Position numbers and translations under genes: made by a program
Shown here: positions 1-12,600 of the stretch, piece by piece
Layout: every line of letters starts with the position of its first letter
Position numbering within the stretch: the first letter of the stretch is position 1
Source: Oikopleura dioica
Lineage: Eukaryota > Animalia > Chordata
Assembly (NCBI GenBank): GCA_907165135.1
Contig: OU015567.1
Location: 1,364,001-1,428,000, forward strand
Reading direction: 5' to 3'
DNA: 64,000 nucleotides
The notes under the pieces: generated by a model
Told to the model about the DNA's origin: nothing
Databases searched by the model: none
What the model saw: the letters and a program-made list of their open reading frames with translations, nothing else

Positions 1-443
1 GAGGGTTATTTTTTTTCGGTTCAAATTTTTCTTACTATCGAAAAATTTCAAAATTTCTTTAAAATCGTCAACGATGCTTTGTGACCAAAATAAACCAAGA
101 AGAGTCAGTTGAGCTGCTAGAGTCAAACTTAAGTGAGATTCATAAGATGAATTATTTTTCGGGGCAGGGATTCCCTCTTGTCCGAAAATTTTGTGTCCGT
201 TCAGTGTACCCGAAAACAATGAACCTTTTTGTATGAATCAAATAGAACTGCCTTTTTTACGGAAAAATTTTCTGTCAACATACGATTTACATTATTCTTC
301 CCAAAGAAATGATCAATTGAAGTTGTATTTGAAATAGTTTCGGAATAACTCTATTTTTCGTCAAAGGTAGATCATCTCTTAATCGTCGAGAAGAAAATTT
401 TCATGGACTTGCAAATATCAAGGAGTCAAAGTCGCGCTCACAA

Positions 444-2290
444 ATGAAAATTGTCACTCTTAATATTAAAAAAGAGATGTGGCTTTTTGAAGAAAATCAT
501 CAAAAGTTTTTCAACAACTCCGAATTTAAGGAACTCACGTTTTTCAAATTCAACGAAAACAATCTTCTCGAGCTAAGAGTTGCCGTTTGGACTTCAACCT
601 TTTTTCTCTTCGTCGCTGCTGTCATTTTTCTTCTTCTCTTCGCAATTTATTGTTTGGCCATCATAAGGGGCGGAGACAATGAAATCGAATTCAATGACAA
701 TTCTGATTCAGACTTAAAATTATTTCTCGGCACAGTACTTAATTTGTTCCTTTCCATCTTGATTTTTACTTGTGGTTTGTCCTCATGGAGTTATGAAGAC
801 AGACTGTCAAAGCAAAAATTGGCATTTCCTATCATGCTTAGCTCAATAAGTAAGCTTTTCAGAAAAGACCAAATGATAAACTTAAGGCTTTCTTTTTTCA
901 TCCCTCTACGTCATACAAAGAGTCAAGAAATATAAATTTTGCAGGATAAATAATACTGAAGACCAGAGTTGTAAATTTTGTGAGATGAGCTAGCCGAGCT
1001 AGCTGAGCTGCCATCTACCTCAGCTCAGCTCAGTCATTTAAGAAACACAGTAAGCTAAGCTCAGCTCAATTTTACGCCAGCTCAGCTAGCTCAGCTAAAT
1101 CTGAAATGGAATTTTGAAATGCAGCTCAGCTTAGCTTAATGTCAGACCAGCTCAACTAGCTCAGCTCCCTTTTACTTGGTCTGATTTTGGAAGCTTCAAC
1201 TCATTTACCAATTACAGTTGACTCGCACAATTCGGACCCGCACAATTCGGCCCTTTTTTCGAATTTCGCGAAAATTAATGAAAATCGCTCAATCAGCCAT
1301 ATATGTGAATTTCAGTCGAATTTACTTGCTCAAACGTATTTTGGAAGATATATTTACGACAGAAATGCTATTTCTTACTCTTTTTTTTTGATTGACACGT
1401 AGAATTTACGGGAATAATTGACAAAAATAGTGAGATTTTTACATTTTAGGGCTCCGAAATTGATCTTTTTTGATTGGACAGCAAATTAATCCGAATTTCG
1501 GACCGGCACAATTCGGCCCTCTTTCGAGAAATCTGCAAAACGAAAAATGTCCAAATTGTGCGAGTAAACTGTATAATCAGCGCTCTCAGCTCAGGTCAGC
1601 TCAGCTCAAATAATCGTCAGGTCAGCTCAGCTAGCTCAGTTTAAAAAATTGTCTGCTCAGCTCACCCCTGCTCAATTTTTTGAAAAAAGCCAGCTCAGCT
1701 CAGATCAATTGTAATCGAAAACAGCTCAGCTTAGCTCAGCTCAATTTCGACCTAAGCTCAGCTAGCTGAGGACAGAAAAATATTTCAAAAATTTGCAATT
1801 CTGCTGAAGACCTGTCAAGTCACCACAATGAAATGCCTGGTAAGAATAAAAGCCCTTTTGGGAAGACTTGTTTATTTTGAATTCTTATATTATTCAGAGT
1901 CAGAGCGAAATGGAATTTATGGTATTAATCGGACAGTTACTGAACCAACTGCTCCAACTCCTTCTTCATTGAATGACGAACCGCCAGGTATGTGCATGTT
2001 ATTGTTAATTGTGATTTTATTATTTATTTAAATAAGCGTATGATGATTTGTTCGATTATAAGAAGCAAGACACCGAGCAAGAGTCGATCGAGTCAACTTC
2101 TATTGAAGAATCTTCAGTGGAAGATCAAGAAACAAATTTTGGTTGGACCGATTCAGCGTCACGAAGAATCTGTATTTGTGAAGGGAAAATATCAAAATAT
2201 AATGCAATGTTATTGCTCCTTGCAATTATTGAAGTTTTTGTTGATTTTGTGCTCATTACTGTTCATTTACTCGCTATCAATAAAATTTGA
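444..2290 (+). CDS. Multi-pass membrane protein, unknown family; predicted exons 444-849, 887-970, 1810-1839, 1898-1987, 2037-2290
   Basis: Several hydrophobic helices. Removing the 37-nt GT-AG intron 850-886 completes the helix KLAFPIMLSSISFLFSSLYVI. Downstream GT-AG introns 1840-1897 and 1988-2036 keep frame to TGA at 2290. One exon is interrupted by the hAT MITE 964-1803. The 5' end is uncertain. Confidence 0.6.
964..1803. mobile_element. hAT-type MITE with AGCTC/CAGCT subterminal motif arrays
   Basis: Perfect 8-bp TSD CTGAAGAC at 956-963 and 1804-1811. TIR CAGAGTTGTAAATTTT vs reverse complement of the right end CAGAATTGCAAATTTT (14/16). Many AGCTCAGCT motifs inside. Confidence 0.92.
1215..1571. 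mobile_element. Tc1/mariner-type MITE nested in the hAT MITE
   Basis: TA on both flanks (1213-1214, 1572-1573). TIR CAGTTGACTCGCACAATTCGGAC vs CAGTTTACTCGCACAATTTGGAC. Internal copies of GCACAATTCGGCCC. Confidence 0.88.
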
Positions 2291-2446
2291 ATTTTAAAGA
2301 ACAAATAAAAAGATTCATTTCTTTGAATTATTTTTTTTCCGACGCTATTAACTAGATTTCGGACTTTATAAACATTCAGACATTATAAACTCTGTTTTAA
2401 ATGTCCTTTTGCTTATAATATCCGATTGTTAATAATGCCCAAATGT

Positions 2447-3047
2447 TTATAATGTCGTGTAATCGTCACATCCATCGTCTCCCAAGCCGGCTAGGTATCG
2501 TCTCCAACCGATTGTCCTCGTGACTTTGAGTACTCCGTTTTCATCTTTTTTAAACTGCAAACTTCCGGCTCTGAAATGCGTCGCATCATCTACTGCTACT
2601 AGAATCGATAAAAATAGAAAAACGGGATTTTTAAAAAACCTGTTTATCATGCACATGCTCTCTAGTCGAATGACAAAACGGATGAGTTCTCAACAGATTT
2701 GAAAAGACTCGTCCGTATCTACGAAAAAAATATCTCCGTAAAATCAAGGCAACATCGGTTATTTCCTGAATATTGCCCATCGCTTCCGAAAATCTCCGAA
2801 TAAATAAATCACGATATCTGAATTCATCACTGCAAACTTTGCAGTGCAAAGAACACCACGTGGATCATTGACTTCGTGATCCACTATGTAGAAACTTGCT
2901 CCTTTCCGAAAACAATAGTCTAAAAAATCGGACAAGCATCTATAATTTCAATAATTTTGACAAGCGTGTCCAACCCCGCGTCATCGTTTACGCCGTTTTC
3001 TGGCAGAGATTAGCCAGTTGTTGCAGAAATTTAATGCAGATTTTCAT
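2447..3047 (-). CDS. Hypothetical spliced protein, structure unresolved
   Basis: Protein-like minus-strand segments (YCFRKGASFYIVDHEVNDPRGVLCTAK; DDATHFRAGSLQFKKDENGVLKVTRTIGWRRYLAGLGDDGCDDYTTL*) with plausible splice sites. No family recognised. Confidence 0.25.
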
Positions 3048-3392
3048 TTTTCTTCTACTCCTCTTTACCAAATTCGGGAAAACAGAATCGAAATTGAAGG
3101 ATATTGAGAGAAAACTTGAAGAAACAACTGTATCTTGCGGTAATTGGATTCATCATGCCTTTCGATGCAGGTTTCGGCCATTTTAGCCACGTGATCAGAT
3201 CTATTTCTTCTGAAATTTAGACTTAACGATCAAAAAGCTTCAAGAAAAACAGACAAGTATACCTTCCGTTTCACGAAAACTCTCAAAGATGCATTTTGGC
3301 ACCTGATTGGCACAGACAAATGCGATGCCAGAAGCCGAAGATCATCATTAAAACAACAAGAGTCTGAAGAATCAGCCCTTTTTTCGACCCAA

Positions 3393-3981
3393 TTGTCGCG
3401 AAAAACATTCGAAAAAATCTTCGACGAAGCTATTCGCACTTTTTTGAAAAGTTCTAGAGCAGCAAAAGGGCGAAATCTAGAAAGAAGTAGATATTCCGGG
3501 AAAATGTCAATTGAGAATCTGGAGAAAATCTGCAGCGGAAAACTTAATGATTTTCTTGGATCGGAGAGTTTTACTCATTGTCTGAAATTAAGAAGCTGGA
3601 AAAAGAGGAAATCTGGCCTTGTCAAAACAATCAAAAAAGAAAGGGTTCAAAATGCCGTTTTTTAATAAGCACAACAAACAAATTTGACCCCCTCGAGTCC
3701 AAAAAAGCTGCAGCGCTAGAAATTCTTCATCGCAAAAGAAGATCTCAGAGGATTCGAAAATGAGCCGAATGATGAGCGATGTGCCCTTGATTTCAGCTGA
3801 TTTGATCGCAGACAAAGTTGAAGAAAAGATTGTTCTCAAAGCAACTCATATTCCTCAAGGAAACCTTCTGAACACCGTGGATCTCAGTGCTGGTCTTTTC
3901 TATGACGATCCTGATGATGTTTATTTTGGAGATTATGAGTTGCCTGAAAACTTTGAAGAAATCATTGTTTCCTTCTACTAA
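3393..3981 (+). CDS. Hypothetical protein, partial model
   Basis: Consecutive plus-strand ORFs ending ...YELPENFEEIIVSFY*. Junctions not resolved. Confidence 0.3.
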
Positions 3982-4118
3982 ATAGCCTTTTTGTCCATGC
4001 AACCAAAATAAACTTGAAAAAAATCATAAAAGCGGGTGATGAAAATTGATACCTTCTATTGTAAAATTTCCGCCAGACCGGTGCAAGTAGATGAATGAAA
4101 AATAGTAGAAAGAGAGAG

Positions 4119-7100
4119 ATGGGAAGAACATGGAGCTTTTTGCTCATTTTTACTTTTCTCAGAGAAGGCGTGCTTGGGCAAACATTTGACTGTAGTCTTG
4201 AAGGTGTCATTCAAGATGGCCAAGATGGATCGGGACAGGATTGTACGGGCTGTGATGCAAGCACGGGATATACTGATGATGGTACTGGCGTATGTATTTG
4301 TGATGCATCTATTGGATTTGCTAGTGTTGCAGGCGGTGGAGCCTGTGAATGCGACCCGCTACAAGGATATGTTTCCGACAACGCAGGAGGCTGTGAATGT
4401 GATCCATCAGGAAACTTTGACGGAACAAAGAGCCCGCCAGATAAGTGCGAATGCGATGCGTCCTCGGGTTTTGTCGACGGAAATCCTAGTGGCGCTCCGA
4501 ACTGCGTAGAAACGAAAGACTGCAGCGATCCTGGTGTTGACACTTCCGATAACCCATGCATTAATTGCCTTACAGATGATGGTTTTATTGACAATGCCGG
4601 AATTTGTGAATGCAACGTCGATCTCGGATTTACCCTTGATCTCAATACCAATCCACCATCCTGTGTTTGTGATCCAAATGGTAATTTTGACCCCTCTGTT
4701 GCCTTTGATGGTTCAACCCGGTGCACTTGCAATGAAGGTGATGGATATTCTGACGCAGCTTCCGACCCTGCTGCACCAGATTGTCAGATCGACTGTACTC
4801 TTGATGTTTTTGATGGCGCAATCGATGACGGAAGCAATAGTGGTGTTTGCATATGTGATGTAAATAAAGGATATACTGGGTCTGATCCAAAGGCATGCTC
4901 CTGCAATTCAATTTTGCACATGGTTGATGCGGATTCATCCGTTATTTCGGATAGATGTGCTTGCGATGTGGCGAATAATTTTGAAGATATCGAGACAGAT
5001 CCAAACCCGCCTGACTGCCGCTGCAAAACTTTCTCTGACACTGCTGCCGCGGATTCAAATTTGTTTCTTATTAATTATGCTGGAGACGGATGCTTTCACT
5101 GCTATTCTGACAAAGATGCAGATGGCAATCCTGATCTCATTGGGGATACTGTCGCTTCTTATGGAACTTCCTGTACTTGTGCCGATGGATATCATCTCAG
5201 TGATAATAATGAGTGCTTTCGATGCACGGCTGACTTGACAACAGATTCAGGATGGCGAGGAATCACGAGAATCACAAGGGACACTAGTTGTGGCCTGGAT
5301 GATACCGGCGCCGGAACCACATGCGCGGTTGATACAAATGCAGATCAGCCAAACTCAGGTCCATGCCTTCCAGATAATGTGCTAAATGCTGCTTGTGAGA
5401 ATGGATACTGCAAGTGTGATACGGACTACTATGCAAATGAAGCAAGAGATTTTTGTGTTCATTGCCCGGCTCCAGGAAGATGGGATCCAAATAACTTTCA
5501 TTGTGGTGATAAAGAGTACTGGTATGGCGATGACGTTCGAGGTTGGTGCAATCGATGCGAGGTTCAGCGAGAACATGCTCAGGCAAATCTTACCTGTAAG
5601 AATACAATTAATTTTTCCATTTATTAACGATTCTAGCGTTTCATTTTATTGATGACACTCAGCAGCCAAAATGTACCTGTCTTTGCAACACCGCGAATAA
5701 GTACTGGTACAATGTTGAACGACACAACTGTTTCCTCGCTTCCGATTTTTTCTGCCCAAAATGCGCTGATTCGACAACACTCGGGCAGCTACCGAATGAT
5801 CCGGAAGGTGTGTCGTTTGATTGCTGGAATATGAACACTGTTTCTACGTCTCAATGGAATATCGACAGCGACAAGTATTTTTGCAACCCAAGTGAGGGTG
5901 GTGTCTGCAGGACACGAACATATGCGTATGAATTGAAAGATAGAAATTCGGAAGTTGTGGGAATCATCAGAGATTGCGGCGATGATTCAGTCACGATTGA
6001 TGATGTTTTCAGCGGCTTCATCACGCAAACATATCATATGTAAGAACACTTTTTCGATCAAAAAAGGCTTATTTTTTTGAAGCTTTAAAAATGATGACGC
6101 ACTTGAGACGAGAAAAACGGAAGGGCAGACAATTCCCATTCGTGAAATTTTCACACCACCAATGGAATCAACATCTTTAGGTACCTAACCCTCCTTCAAA
6201 TTTATCATTACAGTTTTTTTACTAGCGCGATCTGAGGCGGTTCCAGTAACTTACAATTCCTCTCTTGATATGTACCCGAATGAAATCGTCCATCCAGTCA
6301 TCAACATCATTAAATGCTACGAATGCTCTGGTTTACCCACCCCTCAGCTCAAATTCAATAATATTGATCATTTCAGCAATGACTGAAGACAACAAGGATA
6401 AATGCATCAAGCCCAACTCCAACACGCCTTATGCTTACTGTGAGAAGAACTCCTGTCAAGCTGTGATCAGATCTTACAAACTCGATGGGAAGAAATTTTA
6501 CTTTGCAAAACGAGGATGTACTGACAGGCCGGAAGATGGAATATCCCCTAATGCTGTTTCAACCAACCCTGCTGACTTTGATGAAAAAGGTAAAAATTAT
6601 TAAAAAATATCCGGATTCTCTTTATTGAAAGATTCGTTTCCTGAGCAAATGGTGACAAACGTTGACACAATCGTCCAAAGATCCATTTCTGACCTCGGGA
6701 ACAACTTCCAATCTTACAAAATGGATGCTGCGATTCCATTCGAGTGCATATTCTGCGATGGGGAAGCTTCTGTTACGCTCACAACGAACAGTAAGCTACG
6801 AAAAACGTTCTTTTTGTTCAAATGGCTTTCAAGCAAAATTTCAATTTGGTGTCCATCTGGACAATACAAACCTCGGACTTTGCTGGAACATCGAAACTGG
6901 CCAGACCTACAATGGTGTCTCCTGTGATTCTCAATGCTTCACAAAAGGTAAAGCTCTCTTTTCCACAAATAATCTAAAAAAAAAATCAAGCAACGATGTT
7001 TTCTCATGGAAATAAGACTCACGTGACATACACAATGTCAGCTGAACGTGGTTGTCGAGAATCCTCATCAACCTATTTGGCAGAACAAAAAGAGCTCAGC

Positions 7101-7750
7101 AAGTTTCACAACGTCAAATCAAATGTTTATGCCTGTGATTTTTCTGACGGTCAAAAGGTACTTTTCCTTTATGATTCTTTGAAAAGAAAATTTAGTGCAA
7201 TGATGAAAATTTGGACGACAAGCTTCTCGATTTTGAAGAAATGAGCCTCCTCAAGTGCAAAATCTGCGATACTAAGCTATTCAACACTGACAAGGATCAT
7301 CCTTGTATCCAGAACGCATCTTCTCTACCAGGTTTTTCCCCTCTCCCCGCAGTTCTTGACGATTTTTCAAGACACAACTTGTCCAGATGCAACTTACAGG
7401 TCTTGCGGAGTCAACACCACCGCTGCTTATTCTGGAGCAGATGCTAGATATGAAACTAACCGATTTTGTTCGAGAGACTTGCCGAAAAATAGAAGTTAGA
7501 ATCGATTCTTCTTTTTCTCTTAAAAAATTAAGTGACAAAAATTCCTCATCCTGACTACACCGGAGCCACACTTACTAGCTATCACTGCAACACAAATGGT
7601 TGCAATACTTTTGCGGGTGAAATCATTCCAGATGGAACTCCAGCGCTGACAACAACGACGACCACAACAACGTCTACTTCATCCGAACAAAAAATAAGCA
7701 TAGATCTGCTGATTTTAGGCTTGATTTATTTATTCGCGCACAATTGTTAG
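4119..7750 (+). CDS. Large secreted, probably GPI-anchored Cys-rich protein: ~13 CxC[DN]xxxG[FY] repeats, then four Ly6/uPAR (three-finger)-like domains, a Thr stalk and a hydrophobic tail
   Basis: Signal peptide MGRTWSFLLIFTFLREGVLG. The repeats fill a ~1.5-kb first exon, followed by a chain of short GT-AG introns that keep frame. Domains start DCWN, KCYEC, ECIFC and KCKIC; the last ends CNTNGCN. C-terminus TTTTTTTTSTSSEQKISIDLLILGLIYLFAHNC*. Confidence 0.85.
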
Positions 7751-7997
7751 CAAAATTGTAATAATAATAAAATAAACATGTTTTCAAAAATTTTCTTTTC
7801 TTTTCCCTTTTTTTCTCTCTTCTTTTTAATTTAAACGCTTTTTTGTGAGCAAAAATTAAAAATGTTATGATATCCTGATAAAGATTTCGCAGCTCAACGA
7901 GAAATCATTGAATCAGATTTCGTGATCTTCGAGGGTTGCAATTTATTTTCAATTGAAAAATCGAAAAGTTATTATTTACTTCCTGAATAAAAGAGCG

Positions 7998-9810
7998 ATG
8001 TCGGAAAAGATCACAAACCAAAGAGAAAAGCCAGAACAACGAAAAAGCAAGAAAAATGCACATTCAATTTTCATAATGATCATTCTCTTCGGAGCTCTGT
8101 CTCTTGGTTGCTTTTTCCCTTACAGTAATTTCACGATAATTGTGCCAAGATATATTGAAGTGATTATTCCACCCTCATCATCGAAGATACGAGCAGATGA
8201 GCGCTACTATCCCCCGCTAGGGGCGAGTTTGAACTTCGCCGATAGTTTCGGCCTTCGAAATTCTGAAAAATGGACAATCGTTGTTTCTTACAGCAGCGAA
8301 GAAATGAAGCTTTTGAATCAAGAATTTTTGAATTTAACGAACTTTCAATCAAGTCCAGTGAAATTCGAATTTTTATTCGTGAAAAAAGAAAATGACAAGG
8401 ATTTGCTGATGATTGAGGAAATCTTGCCGAAGGTTGAGTCTGACATAGTGGTCTTCAAAACTGAAGCAGATATTCTTCTCTTGCCAGAATTAGTCGGAAA
8501 GAAACCAGATCCAAAAAACGGTATTTTATGCATCAAGGATGATAGAAGCATAAATCAGAAAAATGCTGATCCGGAAAGGGATAGATTTTGCTGAATTTTT
8601 TTTTGAAATTTCTCGTAAAATAACATATCCCCTGAAGAATCCAAGTAATCTCGTCAAATTCACCTTCCGGGGCGAAAACCTCGGACCCTGCCGCTCTAGT
8701 TTTCAGCAAGGCCCCTTTCTTCTCTCGAAGGATCGTTTTCTGGAAAACACAATCACCGGTTCTATCTATTCTCCAGCCTTAACTCGACCGAATCCAGTCG
8801 ATTTCATTTCTGCCGAAAGAATTTTGCCCGAGAGCTATCAAATCATGAAGCCTCCGCCGAACTTTTTCAAGCTGGATGAAAAGGATTTCAACATTCCTCC
8901 AGCGATTCTAGCGCATCCACAAAAACCTTGTGAGATTAATGAGCTGCCGATTTTCATCAAGAGCGCGATCAACAACAAAAGACTTCGATCCTTCAATCGC
9001 CAGATCCGCGACGAGTACCAGAAGCTGCTTCCAGATCAGAAACTCAAGATTTACTTCGTTTTCGGCAAAAAAGACTCTGGCATGGAAGTTCTCTATCAGG
9101 AGTTGGAGGAGTTTGACGACTTGATCATTGCTGATTTTGATGATATTTACAATAATCTCCCGCTAAAGGTCTGAATCCATCTTTTCGAAAATAATCGAGT
9201 TTCATTTTCAGACTTTCGCTGCTCATAATTTCCTGAATTCCGAATATTTCGACGCTTGCAATATCCAATGGACAATTTTTCACGATGACGATTCTGTTGT
9301 TGACTACGAAAACGTGTCTTTTTATTCCTTTTTCCATAATTTATGCCTTTTTAGTTGATCAAAAACACCTTCAAAAGAGAATCGTCCGACACTGCTAAAT
9401 TCCGCTGCCTTTTTTGCGACATCAAACCTGGTCAGCCAGTCCGCTCGGGAAAATATGGAGTCAATGCTTTCAACTTCCCGATGGGCTACATTTTTCCTCC
9501 TTTTTGCAACGGCCCTGCTGCTTCTTTCACGAAAAAAGCCTCGGCGGATATTTTTGAAATCGCGAAAACTCACAGAAATGGCCAAAAAACACTCAAAATC
9601 ATATTTTTAATCTATTTTTGACCAATTGTGAGCCTCTCTGATTTCATCCTCGAGGATGTGCTGTTCACAGGAATCTTCAGAGAAATCTCAAACGACACGG
9701 ACATCAAAATGGTCGACGGAATAGCGCAGCATTATGCCGGCAACAAGGAAACTAATTTGAATAAACGATTGCAAATGATCAGGCACACTGTTTCTTTACG
9801 ACATCCTTAA
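7998..9810 (+). CDS. GT31 family beta-1,3-glycosyltransferase (B3GALT/B3GNT-like), type II membrane protein
   Basis: N-terminal TM segment, plus motifs IFIKSAINN..R, ELEEFDDLIIADFDDIYNNLPLK, FHDDDSVV, FPPFCNG and LEDVLFTG. Confidence 0.85.
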
Positions 9811-10067
9811 ATACTGACTGTCTTTCTGAGAGAAAAAAAATACAAAAAAGTCTCAAAACCTGTTTTTTTTTTCTTGAAATTGAAAAAAAAAAGAGCTTCA
9901 CAGGTCAAATCGGCACCAATCTCGAATCGTTGTTGTTTTAGCTTTTCTTTTTTCTTCATTCTTCGATGGCTCGCTCGCACCCAGATTGTCTTGGATACGG
10001 AACTATATTAATCGCTCTTCTCATCTTCTTCATCACTTGTTGAACTTCGACTTAATTTCTTTTGAAA

Positions 10068-11045
10068 ATGCCGATTTCTTCGGGCTTCGGAAGTGCGGCT
10101 CTAGAAGTGCCTGGTTTTGAGAGACAACGACGATCATTGCCTAACCTTGGCATTCCAGAGCATCTTAGAGACTCTCCTTATGTAAGAAACTAGAAAAAAC
10201 GATTGAAAAATATAAATTTTTGAAGCTCGAGCCGCTGCCAGTTGTCAAATCAATTTCAAATAAACATCTTTACTCCCTTGCTCATCCGAGAAAAATGAAA
10301 GGCTCAAAGGAAAGCGCCTCCAAAAATATTTTGTTTGTTTTTTTAGAGCAAAATGCTTTGCGTCGTTTTATTTCTTCAAGAAAAGCGCTTGAAAAAGGAA
10401 TCGTCAAGAATCAGAACTCCGAATTCAACTTCGACTTCGATGAACATGAGCATTCCAGATTTCCTCATAAATGATTCATACGATCCTCATTTCGTTAATA
10501 CACTTGGAAACAGACTCAACTCCGTGAATATTATTTCTGGTTTGAAAAAAACATTTTATTACCATCCTCCTTGATTTTATTTTTTTCAAAATGTTTTTGA
10601 AGGGGCCGATTCTCAAAAGAAAAAGTCAAAATGGTCGCCAGAGAAAAAGAAAATGCTTTGGCTGTGGTTACTTCTTGCTTGGCTGGTGATTTTGGGCGCG
10701 GTTTTGGGAGGTATTCACGTACGTTTGCATGAGTTTTCGCATGATTTTTCATTTTTTTAATACTTCCTTGTTACTTCTCCCTAAAAGTTCCTTCCTGTAG
10801 TTCTTCTTTGGTACTTCATCTCCGGTCCAGGGTCCGATTCTCCCGAAAATTGCCCGCTTTCGATCTGCCGCTACGGAGCGCTTTCTTGTCAAACTACAGT
10901 GAGTTCTGCTACTTGCACCTGTCGAGAACCCGCTTGGATTGACGGAACAGAAACTGACCCTTTTCTGTTTACCTGCTCAAAGCGAACTTTTACAAACTGT
11001 ACAGAAAATCAGCCTGTAGGAGACTGTACTGCAATTGACTTGTAA
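10068..11045 (+). CDS. Single-pass membrane protein with Ser-rich N-terminus and C-terminal Cys-rich (EGF-like) module
   Basis: Spliced model gives TM MLWLWLLLAWLVILGAVLGVLLWYFIS, then ENCPLSICRYGALSCQTTVSSATCTCREP...CTAIDL*, followed by AATAAA. Internal junctions partly uncertain. Confidence 0.5.
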
Positions 11046-11122
11046 ATAAATTGTCGATTACATAACATCGCCCGCAAGGAGCAAATCAGCTGATTATCAC
11101 CCTCGCTTTTTCTCCCACTGCT

Positions 11123-11745
11123 ATGACTAACCGCGCTACTTTAAAAACTCGAGAAGCGAAAGAAAATTATCAAAAAGAGCGAGAACTTGTATTGACTTAT
11201 AAAAATGGATGCGACGGTGCCGAAAATTCCAAAAACTTTGAAAGAGTTGGAACTCGAAAACAAGCTCAAAGGTTAGGTTTATCTTTTGACTCTGGATTCA
11301 GCACCCTGTGTAGGAAGCCTGAGTCAGGGTGAAATTTCAAGGAAGGAGATTTTCAAAAGGTGTTTTCACTGCCTTTTTATTTGACATAATATTTTCAGAT
11401 CTGGAAACGAAAATTCTCACTGAGCAAAAAAAGCAAATGGCCCGAAACGCCTTCTTGGGAAAACACAATCGCGAAGAATATGCCAAAATCGACGAAGCCC
11501 TCCAGATCGCGAAAAAAGACCTGATTCAAACAGAAGCTTCTCTCAAAGAGCGACAGAACGAGATCAAAGCCAAGGAGCGCCAACACCTCCAAGCGAAGAT
11601 GAAGCTCAAGCTGACGCATCAAAGACAGAATCGAGGAAAGAAGGAGAAGACAAAAGGCAAGAAGAAGAAAAATGCGAATAACACTCAAGCTGCAGCTGAG
11701 GCAAATCAGATTCAAAATCAAACTCCTGTATCCGCGACTGCGTAA
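11123..11745 (+). CDS. Small coiled-coil protein with basic C-terminus
   Basis: A GA-AG intron 11208-11244 and a GT-AG intron 11273-11398 give continuous TYKNELELENKLKDLETKILTEQ. Heptad-like E/K/L composition. Confidence 0.5.
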
Positions 11746-12252
11746 ATTTTTGATAGGCTATTTTTTGTAAAATAAAATAAAAATAATAAAAAAATTTTGA
11801 AAAATTTTCAACACATGTTGCCGAGCCAAGATTCAAGGGCAGGGAATGAGTCTCTTTCTTTGAACTTGAACGAACAGTCATTATTTCAACAGCAGCAGTT
11901 GCCAAATTTTCGCACAGAGCATCATGCATCAGCTCAATTTAGCAATCATTTTAGCGCAAATAGTGCGAGTGGCATTTCTTTGGTAGTCATGCGAAATCGA
12001 AAGAGTCGCGATTCATGCAAAAATCGCGAGCATGATAAAGAAGGCAAATATCGGCGTCTCTATGGCTTCCTTTAATACTGTCTTGATGGATGGTGAGAAT
12101 GTCTAAGTGGTGGATTTATAAGGTCTCGATGAAATGACGAAGGAATGTAGGTCAGATTTGGTCACTGAATTTGTCTCCATGAGTAAAGTTTAGAATTATG
12201 ATAAGGATGTTGGTTAGGATAAGAATAATTGATTGCCATTGGACCATAGAGA

Positions 12253-12425
12253 GGGGTTATCATTCGAGCCTAAAATTAGAGCCATCCAATATCTCTTGAA
12301 TCTGGGCTAGTGGTTATAGTTAGAGACTGGGAACTCTTAATGGGGGGTCCGGGGGGCGAAGTCCCCTGGTTTAGACCTTAGGGGGGGTTAGGGTTAGGGC
12401 TAGGGGCAGCTCGAATGATAACCCC
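12253..12425. repeat. Short inverted-repeat element containing TTAGGG-like repeats
   Basis: Perfect 17-bp inverted repeat GGGGTTATCATTCGAGC (12253-12269) / GCTCGAATGATAACCCC (12409-12425). Internal GGGGGGTCCGGGGGGCGAAGTCCCC and TTAGGGTTAGGGCTAGGGG. Confidence 0.65.
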
Positions 12426-12437
12426 CTACTACCTTAA

Positions 12438-12600
12438 GGACCCCCCATCAAGAATTGCGAAATGGGCCTTTTTCAATCATGATTTTTTCTCCGAAACTTT
12501 CTTCGATACACCCTTAGTTTCATTGGAAATTTTTAGATTCAACTCTTTAGCCGAAAAAAATTTTATGATTCGTCGCATTACATGCCAAATATGACCATTT
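12438..12600. mobile_element. Truncated copy of the TTAA|GGACCCCCC MITE family (right end not found)
   Basis: TTAA at 12434-12437 followed by GGACCCCCCATCAAG, matching the terminus at 33879. End coordinate approximate. Confidence 0.4.

Noticed and set aside
12030-12250. Possible non-LTR retrotransposon fragment (strand-skewed composition)
   Set aside because: Stops occur in all minus frames checked and no RT or endonuclease motif is visible.
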